IMG/VR virus record: IMGVR_UViG_3300032562_000004
Coordinates: 124,001-188,000 of that record
Strand: one strand, 5' to 3'
DNA: 64,000 nucleotides
Position 1 is the stretch's first letter. Every line of letters begins with the position of its first letter. The position numbers were made by a program, and so were the translations under genes. Below the pieces are notes generated by a model that ran no database searches, had not been told where the DNA came from, and saw nothing but the letters and a program-made list of their open reading frames with translations. Shown one piece after another: positions 45,951 through 53,409 of the stretch.

Positions 45951-45979
45951 ATTATAATGCTTAATTAATTCTTTGTCAA
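45951..45979 (-). promoter_or_regulatory. Consensus sigma70 promoter of the leader peptide
   Basis: TTGACA-17 nt-TATAAT. Confidence 0.85.
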
Positions 45980-46067
45980 CCTTCTTTTTTACTTCTCTGA
46001 ACTTTTATTTACCTAATGTTGCAATTATACGCATATTTCCATTGAAAGTCAACCACTTTTGGTAAAA

Positions 46068-46322
46068 TTAGTTGCCCCATCTTAAAAGGAAGAGTGATGA
46101 GTCGGTATCGCGAACAAAACTTACACCACATAAGTGTGGTTGATCCAATGTCCACATGGTCCAAGTCCAGTGTATGTAATGTCTACCTACTGTTGTTTCA
46201 AGCCAATATTCCATAGTATCCACTGCGGCGATCCAATCTAAATTTCCATTGGTTTCTATTATTGGCCAAGGCGCTACAGCTCTATAAGGAAGTTCAGGAT
46301 GTTTGTCCCAAAGTGCTCGCAT
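46068..46322 (-). CDS. Hypothetical Trp-rich protein
   Basis: Ends FLLRWG. Confidence 0.55.
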   Translation of the reverse strand: MRALWDKHPELPYRAVAPWPIIETNGNLDWIAAVDTMEYWLETTVGRHYIHWTWTMWTLDQPHLCGVSFVRDTDSSLFLLRWGN

Positions 46323-46360
46323 AGAAGTATTTACGAGCCCAGAACTTTCATTATATGCTA

Positions 46361-46975
46361 TTAATTGATTAGATCTTCTATAGATTTTTCGAACCCCACT
46401 GTAATTACTAATCTCGGTCCTGGGCTCAAATGTACGGTATGCACATAGTCTGTGCGTACAAATGCGCTAGGAGTTAGTAAATTTGATTCTGCAGCCGTAG
46501 CAGGGCCTAAATATTCCATTTTTTCTGCTACTGTTGTTCCTGGCATAGTTAGCCCAGTAAAAGGTAATCCAGTTCGAGTACTTACTTGAGTAATCGAGTA
46601 TAGTCTTTTATCAGTATGATGAAAATCGGTCCACCAATGCATAGGATCTTCTGGATTACCTTTTATTAATATATTAAATCTACTTTTTAAAATTTTATGG
46701 TTTTCGTTATCCACATGGGGTCTTCCATAACCTTGATTTTCTAAATTAGCTAAATGTGCGGTTATGATTAGATTGGATGTATCACAATTATATTGCGACA
46801 AATAATTTAATAATTCTTGTCCAGCACTTACTTCACGCCATTCGTGCTGTAACTTTCTTTGATCCCAATCTAAATTATGATAAAAATTTTCATTAAAATG
46901 ATTTTTATATCGATTAAGTATCCAATCTTTAGCTTCCTGCGAAAAATCAAAATCTGTTTTATGGAATAGTAACAT
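46361..46975 (-). CDS. 2OG-Fe(II) oxygenase-like protein, tandem paralogue 2
   Basis: RPHVD (HxD), SAFVRTDYVHTV, PRLVITV. Confidence 0.6.
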   Translation of the reverse strand: MLLFHKTDFDFSQEAKDWILNRYKNHFNENFYHNLDWDQRKLQHEWREVSAGQELLNYLSQYNCDTSNLIITAHLANLENQGYGRPHVDNENHKILKSRFNILIKGNPEDPMHWWTDFHHTDKRLYSITQVSTRTGLPFTGLTMPGTTVAEKMEYLGPATAAESNLLTPSAFVRTDYVHTVHLSPGPRLVITVGFEKSIEDLIN

Positions 46976-47606
46976 TGATTAACTCTTCTATACTTTTATC
47001 GAAAGGCACAGTAATTACCAATCTTGGTCCAGGACTTAATTTTATAGTATGAATATAATCTGTGCGTACAAATGCGCTAGGAGTTAGTAAATTTGATGCT
47101 GTATCTGTAGCAGGACCTAGATACTCCATTTTTTCTTCATTAGTGTGTCCTGGCATAGATAAACTACTAAATTCTTGATTAGTACGTGTATTTAAAACAT
47201 TACTATAGTACAAGCGTTTATCTGTATGGTGAAAGTTAGTCCACCAAAGCATAGGATCTTCTGGATTACCAAGCACTATTATATTAAATTTTGAAGTTAC
47301 TGTTATTTTACCTTTAGCAGGTCCGTATAATTGTTCGGCGTCAACGTGCGGGCGACTATAATATGGTATTGTTAAATTTGCCAGATGAGCAGTTATGATC
47401 AGATTAGATGTATCGCAATTATATTGAGAAAGGTAAGACAATAATTCTTCTCCAGCAATAGATGCTCGCCATTCATGTTGTAGTTGATTTTGAATCCAAT
47501 CATAATTATGATAGAAATTTAATTTGAAGTGATCTTTATATCGGTTAAGTAACCAATCTTTAGCTTCTTGTGAGAAATCAAAATTTGTTTTATGATATAA
47601 CAGCAT
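46959..47606 (-). CDS. 2OG-Fe(II) oxygenase-like protein, tandem paralogue 1
   Basis: RPHVD, SAFVRTDYIHTI; shares long identical blocks with its neighbour. Confidence 0.6.
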   Translation of the reverse strand: MLLYHKTNFDFSQEAKDWLLNRYKDHFKLNFYHNYDWIQNQLQHEWRASIAGEELLSYLSQYNCDTSNLIITAHLANLTIPYYSRPHVDAEQLYGPAKGKITVTSKFNIIVLGNPEDPMLWWTNFHHTDKRLYYSNVLNTRTNQEFSSLSMPGHTNEEKMEYLGPATDTASNLLTPSAFVRTDYIHTIKLSPGPRLVITVPFDKSIEELINVTIP

Positions 47607-48106
47607 TATAATTTCCTACTAGTATTATCAAATTCTATCATAGTGACTCTTTTATTATCTAAAAAATATTTAATACCGTTAATAACTTGATTAACATCAA
47701 TGACTGTACGACCTAATTCAACGCACCTAGCATTATTTTCAAGAAAACCTGGTATCAACAATAAACATCTTTCTGGATAAAATGGTTTATGATATTGATA
47801 TGTTTCGTGTATTATTTTTTTATTAACTTGATATGGATTGGTGCTATAGTATCCAGCAATACTTCCAATAGTAATTAAAGTTACTTTTGAATCTTTTAAA
47901 TCTTTTATGATATTTGCTTGTATAGTACCTGAATAGGCATTATTGAATACTATGTCCGCTGATTTCATTATAGACAAGCACTCGTCGTACTTTGTAGTTA
48001 AATCGTATCCGTTACTACGACTTAACCCGATAACTTCTTCATTGGGGAATAATTCAACTATTTTGCTTCCTACTAAACCAGTATGTCCAGTGATTACTAT
48101 CTTCAT
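47606..48106 (-). CDS. Truncated Rossmann-fold (SDR-like) protein
   Basis: MKIVITGHTGLVGSKI...GLSRSNGYDL...VFNNAY. Confidence 0.7.
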   Translation of the reverse strand: MKIVITGHTGLVGSKIVELFPNEEVIGLSRSNGYDLTTKYDECLSIMKSADIVFNNAYSGTIQANIIKDLKDSKVTLITIGSIAGYYSTNPYQVNKKIIHETYQYHKPFYPERCLLLIPGFLENNARCVELGRTVIDVNQVINGIKYFLDNKRVTMIEFDNTSRKL

Positions 48107-48121
48107 TCTATATTTACCAAC

Positions 48122-48146
48122 AAAAAAAGGACCCGAAGGCCCTTTT
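48122..48146 (-). terminator. Intrinsic terminator with UUCG loop
   Basis: AAGGGCC-TTCG-GGTCCTT-TTTTT. Confidence 0.85.
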
Positions 48147-48163
48147 AGTTTAACTCGTAAAAA

Positions 48164-48616
48164 TTAGAACGAGTACTTAACACCTGCGGTTACGATGTTG
48201 CCATTGTAAGCCTTAGTAATGTTATTACCTTTTTGGTAGGCATAATCAGCTACCAAATTTACATTCTTAACTACAGGATAGGCAATCCCTGCGCCAATAA
48301 ATCCAGCACCACCATTACCTACGCCAGGTTTTTGTGTGTCAATAAATGCAGCTCCAGCACGAACATTAGTTTGTACGGGACCTAGTTTGATAACGTCATA
48401 ACTCACAGATGCTGTGTAACGATTAACATCAACAGCATTGGTAGTACTACGATCAAAAGTTCCTTGAACGCCAATTGCGCCAAATGATTGACCAACAGAA
48501 ACGCCTGCGGTATCTTGTTTAGAGCCCATGTTGCGGCCACCAAAAACACCAACGTCAGTTGCGAAAGCAAAAGTAGTTGATGCTAATAATGCTACTGCTA
48601 AAATTACTTTTTTCAT
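48164..48616 (-). CDS. Small outer-membrane beta-barrel protein (OmpA/Lom-like)
   Basis: Signal peptide, amphipathic strands, C-terminal GVKYSF. Confidence 0.8.
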   Translation of the reverse strand: MKKVILAVALLASTTFAFATDVGVFGGRNMGSKQDTAGVSVGQSFGAIGVQGTFDRSTTNAVDVNRYTASVSYDVIKLGPVQTNVRAGAAFIDTQKPGVGNGGAGFIGAGIAYPVVKNVNLVADYAYQKGNNITKAYNGNIVTAGVKYSF

Positions 48617-48736
48617 ACTAATAGTTCCTTTATGTTTATACTACTGAACAAATATTTATTGTTTTTTTGCGTTGGCCTGCAAAAATTGCTAGGTTTTGGC
48701 ATATTTTTAAGTTTAATATACGCATATAATGAAGTC

Positions 48737-48764
48737 AAAAGAATAGGGGTCGAAGCCCCTATCT
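48737..48764 (-). terminator. Terminator at the end of the tmRNA coding piece
   Basis: ATAGGGGC-TTCG-ACCCCTAT-TCTTTT. Confidence 0.8.
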
Positions 48765-49097
48765 GTTATTTTCTGTTTCGACGGATAACTCCGCAAAGCA
48801 GTGATTAAACTGCTAATGTTTGGCGTTGTGCTGTACGAGCAGAGAAACGAATTCCCTTACCTGAAACAGTTACTTCGCCTTTAGATGCGTTTGCATTTAA
48901 GTTTTTCGCTTGATTTACAGTCATCGCCTACTGTGTTGCCTCTTTCATTATCTCACCATGTCGAAACCTTGTCATCCCCACTGAAACATACTACAGCTTT
49001 TGGCCTCGCTACCGATAACTCGGTTCGGTAATATGCTTCGGTGGAGATGCCGGGAATCGAACCCGGGTCCACAGCGCCTTCACTACGAAGGAATTAC
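48765..49097 (-). ncRNA. ssrA: Second circularly permuted tmRNA, 29-aa tag ANASKGEVTVSGKGIRFSARTAQRQTLAV (outer ends approximate)
   Basis: GGACCCGGGTTCGATTCCCGGCATCTCCACC, an intervening segment, then GGGGATGACAAGGTTTCGAC (G1=48979); G3.U70; tag frame 48894-48805. Confidence 0.9.
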
Positions 49098-49106
49098 AAC
49101 AATTCT

Positions 49107-49310
49107 TTACAGCGGAAGAATATTTGATGCTTGCTTGCCTTTAGGGCCTGCCACTACATCGAATGTTACCGCTTGATTCTCTTTTAAACTCTTAAAACCA
49201 TTTGTGCTAATTGCGGAAAAATGTGCAAACAATTCCTCACCACCAGCATCGGGGGTAATAAATCCAAACCCTTTTGCATCATTAAACCACTTTACTTTAC
49301 CTGTTGCCAT
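49107..49310 (-). CDS. cspA: Cold-shock protein
   Basis: [18 protein letters not shown]...FAHFSAI...[10 protein letters not shown]. Confidence 0.95.
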   Translation of the reverse strand: MATGKVKWFNDAKGFGFITPDAGGEELFAHFSAISTNGFKSLKENQAVTFDVVAGPKGKQASNILPL

Positions 49311-49338
49311 GTTACTTTACTTCCTTTATTAAAAACTA

Positions 49339-49554
49339 TTATACTACTATTTTACCTATTTTGTCAACCAATTTGATATAAACAAGCGTAGCGTGATACT
49401 TAATATATCTAACCACTCTAAAACTCAAATGAGCATTAGTAGGTATATTTAGTATTGATCGGTTCCGAATTGCTGGCAATGGACCACAACCTAATCTGCT
49501 CCACTCTTCTTCAGAGTAATAATACTGTTCAACTGGTTTTTTGTTCTGTTCCAT
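49339..49554 (-). CDS. Hypothetical protein
   Basis: YYYSEEEWSRLGCGPLP; TAAATA upstream. Confidence 0.45.
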   Translation of the reverse strand: MEQNKKPVEQYYYSEEEWSRLGCGPLPAIRNRSILNIPTNAHLSFRVVRYIKYHATLVYIKLVDKIGKIVV

Positions 49555-49596
49555 AAATCTATTTAGTACTGGTAGGCCTTGTTACTTAAAGACATT

Positions 49597-49672
49597 TGGT
49601 GGTCCGGGTAGGACTTGCACCCACACTCCCCGAATTATGAGTTCGACGCTTTACTTTTTAAGCTACCGGGCC
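49597..49672 (-). tRNA. tRNA anticodon CAT, Ile2-like body
   Basis: GGCCC acceptor, loop CTCATAA, A73. Confidence 0.82.
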
Positions 49673-49701
49673 ATCTTTACTACATTGTAAGTATAACATC
49701 G

Positions 49702-50070
49702 TTAGCTATAATTGTCAAGAAATTTTTCTAGACTACCATACAAATTAGCTAATACTGCTTCTTTACTACCAAAAAAAACAATAGACTTTGGTACACCTTT
49801 AGTAGTTATAATATAGTAAGGCATTTGAAGTTTTCTATCAAGGTCTAGTATTGTATGCTGATTAAACTTCATAGGATCATCAATGCGATATTCATAAAAT
49901 TCAAGGTCTAATGTATCGGCTAAAGCAAACCAACCTAATTGAGTTAATCTAAGTCCGCCAGTTGGACGCAAATTATACCACCATGATACTCTAGCTGATT
50001 CTACGCTAATGCGTTGTTCTTCCGGGAGTTGATTTACTAATTGTTCTGTAAGTTTGAGTTTGTTACGCAC
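49702..50070 (-). CDS. Hypothetical phage protein
   Basis: WWYNLRPTGGLRLT..G...LDRKLQMPYY. Confidence 0.6.
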   Translation of the reverse strand: MRNKLKLTEQLVNQLPEEQRISVESARVSWWYNLRPTGGLRLTQLGWFALADTLDLEFYEYRIDDPMKFNQHTILDLDRKLQMPYYIITTKGVPKSIVFFGSKEAVLANLYGSLEKFLDNYS

Positions 50071-50077
50071 AGTAATA

Positions 50078-50365
50078 TCAAGGATATACTTTTTCGCCTT
50101 GCTTGAGTAACACTACGCTAAACTTATCAGTTTTGAATTGTGTGTTGAGTTTTTTGGCAAGATTGATTGCGTGACCTGGATTACTAAAACTTACTTTTTT
50201 ATATTTAGGTCCAGGGTACTGAACTAATAAATTAGAAGTTTTAAGATTAACTGGTTTATTATCAAAGTAAACGGCCCATACTCCTTCCGAAGCAAGTACT
50301 TGCTCGGTTTTGTATGTTTGCTTGTTTGTAAGCTCAGCTAAAATGGTTGGCTTGGGGCGACTCAC
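50078..50365 (-). CDS. Hypothetical phage protein
   Basis: MSRPKPTIL...GPKYKKVSFSNPGHA.NLAKKLN. Confidence 0.65.
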   Translation of the reverse strand: MSRPKPTILAELTNKQTYKTEQVLASEGVWAVYFDNKPVNLKTSNLLVQYPGPKYKKVSFSNPGHAINLAKKLNTQFKTDKFSVVLLKQGEKVYP

Positions 50366-50964
50366 TTAGAATTCCTTTTGAATAGTTCTTTTCGTGCTTC
50401 AGATATTTTTTTACAAGTTTCTGGAGAACGCTTTTTACCTTTGTGGAGCAACGATATTTTTTGTTTGAATTCCTCACTTCGTGGAACCATTATTTGTTTA
50501 GCTCTAGCATCTTTTATTTTTTGTTTTGTTTCGTCACTATGCTTTTTTCCTAACATAGTAGGCGCTTGTTTTGCTCTAGCAGTTCGAATCTTTTCTTTAC
50601 TAGACTCTGTATGTCTATAGTTTTTACTATTTTCTCTAATTTTTTGTCTAGTGGACTCTTTTACAGTACCGTAACTACCTCCCATTAATCCATCTTCGGG
50701 TTTAATGTTAGCCCATTCTGCTGACTCGACAATTTTGTTTTCTGTAGAAAATTTTAAAGCGTATTCGACTAATGTTTCTTTATTATCGAATAGCTGACAC
50801 CAAACGGTAGTAACATCTAGACCGTGTTTATTAAGATGTGCCCGCCAGTGTACGCCAGATCCTAAATATTTGTTAGGATCCCGTATAGTTTTTCCAAAGT
50901 ATTTTAGACCGGTAGTATTATGTTGCTTAATGTACAACCAGGTAGGTTTAAACGGTTTCGACAT
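50362..50964 (-). CDS. GIY-YIG homing endonuclease with NUMOD3 repeats
   Basis: LYIKQHNTTGLKYFGKT..DP..YLGSG..W; GKKHSDETKQKI. Confidence 0.88.
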   Translation of the reverse strand: MSKPFKPTWLYIKQHNTTGLKYFGKTIRDPNKYLGSGVHWRAHLNKHGLDVTTVWCQLFDNKETLVEYALKFSTENKIVESAEWANIKPEDGLMGGSYGTVKESTRQKIRENSKNYRHTESSKEKIRTARAKQAPTMLGKKHSDETKQKIKDARAKQIMVPRSEEFKQKISLLHKGKKRSPETCKKISEARKELFKRNSK

Positions 50965-51002
50965 AGTATATTATTTAGTCATAATATACCTACTTATTTC
51001 AT

Positions 51003-51215
51003 TTATTTGAACCCACCGCCATCAATTTTAAGTTCAATAACCTGGTCCTGCTGGGGCTTTAATGCGGCTGTTTGTAGGGTTCTAAGTTCAAGTAATAGCT
51101 CGGTTAAGTCCGCGGCCATGCCTTTAGCATCTTTCATTGGCATAACAAAGTCTTTACTACCCCGAGCATCATTACCTCGAACCCGCTCAATAAATTTTTG
51201 TAAGTGTAAGCTCAA
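51003..51215 (-). CDS. Hypothetical protein
   Basis: MSLHLQKFIERVR...IDGGGF. Confidence 0.55.
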   Translation of the reverse strand: MSLHLQKFIERVRGNDARGSKDFVMPMKDAKGMAADLTELLLELRTLQTAALKPQQDQVIELKIDGGGFK

Positions 51216-51586
51216 TGTTCTCTCTTTAAAAAGTTAGCTAGCTTAGGTGGTTCCCATCCCAATGGTTTAAGAATTTTACCATCTTCACGACGGCGTACTT
51301 TGCCCAGTTGACGGTCAATTTTGGCAAAGTTAGTAGCCATTACCTCACGCCAAGCACCTTCACCATCTGCGCCCATCGAATTGATTGCTCCGATAGTAAC
51401 GACAATAATATCGATTAAAGCATCAAGAGTTTCAACTTGATTTTTATTAGCAATAGCTACTTGTAGCTCGTCGTATTCTTCTGTAATCAATTTGGAGTAA
51501 AGTCTAAACTGATCATCATTCATGCCTGAGATAGTCTGCTCGCAAGCTGTCATAAATTTTGCTGAATCCTTAAACGGGTTTGTCAT
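51212..51586 (-). CDS. MazG-like / PRA-PH nucleotide pyrophosphohydrolase (start at MTNPFKD)
   Basis: LITEEYDEL...LDALIDI...EVMATNFAKI...RREDGKILKP.GW. Confidence 0.82.
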   Translation of the reverse strand: MTNPFKDSAKFMTACEQTISGMNDDQFRLYSKLITEEYDELQVAIANKNQVETLDALIDIIVVTIGAINSMGADGEGAWREVMATNFAKIDRQLGKVRRREDGKILKPLGWEPPKLANFLKREH

Positions 51587-52203
51587 ACTTTTTCCTTTTT
51601 CTTTAATTGTGCGTTGCGTCTTGCTTCGGACCAAGGCTTACCTTTATGCTGTGATCCATAAATCTTTTTTCTCTCTTCTTCTGTAAGAGAACTTCTATGT
51701 TGTAATGCCTTTTCTTGCATCACTACTTTTGTATCTTCTGAATGTTCTTTATCTCTAAACGGATTATTTTCCTTCATCCATTCTCTGTGTTTTTCTTTTC
51801 TTCTCTTTGCTTCTTCTTTATCCTGTTGTATCTCTTCGTAAGTCTTGCCTTTGTTTTTACCTGGCTTACCTCTGCTGGCATTGCCTATTTTAGTTTTTGC
51901 TTCTTCGGTATGACTAAACGGACCACCATCGCCTGCTTCTGGTTTTAAGTTAGCCCACTCTGGACTATCTACTACCTGCCATAAGTCACTGTAGTACAGG
52001 CCCCAGGCTCTTATTTCTTCATTATCTTTACACTCTTTTAATATTTCTGTATCAACATCATTGCCGTGTTTCTCGATATGAGCTGACCAACGCTTACCAG
52101 AACCTTTGTAAGTGTACGGATCTTGATTAGTCTTACCTAAATATTTTAATCCGGTTTTACGATGAGTTTTAATGTACAAGTAAATCATATTGTACTTAGT
52201 CAT
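51583..52203 (-). CDS. GIY-YIG homing endonuclease with NUMOD3 repeats
   Basis: IYLYIKTHRKTGLKYLGKT..DPYTYKGSG. Confidence 0.88.
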   Translation of the reverse strand: MTKYNMIYLYIKTHRKTGLKYLGKTNQDPYTYKGSGKRWSAHIEKHGNDVDTEILKECKDNEEIRAWGLYYSDLWQVVDSPEWANLKPEAGDGGPFSHTEEAKTKIGNASRGKPGKNKGKTYEEIQQDKEEAKRRKEKHREWMKENNPFRDKEHSEDTKVVMQEKALQHRSSLTEEERKKIYGSQHKGKPWSEARRNAQLKKKEKV

Positions 52204-52393
52204 CGTAAAGGGTTAGTCATTTATTTCTCTTGTATCTTTTTCACTTCTATACAAGCCCATCCCGATGCTGATTTAACAAGTACTCCATCATTCATTTCGC
52301 ATTGGTTAGCTCTTTGTATTTGCTGATAAATCAAAAAAGGAACGGATAACAATATCAATAAAAGTATTGGCGGCCAAATTTTTTCAATTAAAT

Positions 52394-52843
52394 TCATTTA
52401 GGTAGTGCCTCTTCTTTAGTTTGAAATGGACCCTCGTAAGGGTAGCGTTGTAATACAATTAATTTAGGATCTTGCATAGCCGCCCAATGACGACCTTTCT
52501 TGACTGTGTACCAACCAGCCGCATACCAAGATTTACTTTTCTTTGTTTTAGTGTAAACTGGTAGCTTTTGTGGAACGTCCCACATAGGATTATATACACG
52601 ACCTGCTGCCGGAAAGCCATGTACTATATTGGTTGTTTTCTTTTTCTCAGGTTTAATAATAGCTTCAAAAGTAACATTGATATTTCGTTCAACTAATTTA
52701 ATACTTTTGTATTGTGCTACTACTTGATTATTAATCTTAACTTGATAGCCGCCATCGCAGGCTTCAATGTTCCCTACTTTATTATTATTTTCTTGTAAAA
52801 TCCAAAACTGTTTATCTATTACGGGTTTAGCTACTAGACTCAT
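52394..52843 (-). CDS. Hypothetical phage protein
   Basis: LPVYTKTKKSKSWYAAGWY...QRYPYEGPF. Confidence 0.6.
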   Translation of the reverse strand: MSLVAKPVIDKQFWILQENNNKVGNIEACDGGYQVKINNQVVAQYKSIKLVERNINVTFEAIIKPEKKKTTNIVHGFPAAGRVYNPMWDVPQKLPVYTKTKKSKSWYAAGWYTVKKGRHWAAMQDPKLIVLQRYPYEGPFQTKEEALPK

Positions 52844-53040
52844 TTAGTCATCCTTTTTCTACATTGTTCTTTTACTGCTACAGGATAGTCGGGACTAATC
52901 TCTGCGATACCACAATCATACTTTACTGTTACATGGCGTACATCTGCGGGCCAAAATGCTAAGGCTAATATAGTTAACAATACAGCAAATGTTACCGTAG
53001 TCCAAAACATATCTTTAGCCATATTATTCTTCAACTCCAA
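52840..53040 (-). CDS. Small membrane protein
   Basis: TM helix; YDCGIAEISPDYP. Confidence 0.55.
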   Translation of the reverse strand: MELKNNMAKDMFWTTVTFAVLLTILALAFWPADVRHVTVKYDCGIAEISPDYPVAVKEQCRKRMTK

Positions 53041-53290
53041 AATGTTCTTTAATTACTCTGCCTACACCTAGAGTAATACCTTCGGCTTCTGAATTATGGT
53101 CATTGGCAACTTCGGCACATTCCTGAACAATCAACTCGGCGAACTTGGCTAAATCGTCGTGCGACATATTGCCATCGCTTAGATTATTATCAGTGATACC
53201 AGCCTGTTCAGCAAGTTGTTTAATCTTCTCGTTCATTGCTTTAATTCCCAAATTTAATTGTATGCTACTATTGTAACAGAATTTAACCAT
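53024..53290 (-). CDS. MNE...FAELIV.ECA...EHFGVEE family (copy C)
   Basis: Same motifs as 36283-36492. Confidence 0.65.
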   Translation of the reverse strand: MVKFCYNSSIQLNLGIKAMNEKIKQLAEQAGITDNNLSDGNMSHDDLAKFAELIVQECAEVANDHNSEAEGITLGVGRVIKEHFGVEE

Positions 53291-53342
53291 ACGGTCAACT
53301 ATTTTGGTAACCTAATAAAATTAACGAAAGATAAATATGAAC

Positions 53343-53409
53343 TAAATAAGTGTAGTTCGCGATCCTGGCAGATCCAACTACTCTAACAGTTAAAAAGGAA
53401 CTATTAGCA
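53343..53409 (+). promoter_or_regulatory. TAAATA promoter plus 36-nt structured leader of the GIY-YIG gene (copy 3)
   Basis: AGTGTAGTT-CGC-GATC-CTGGCA-GATC-C-AACTACTCT. Confidence 0.75.
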
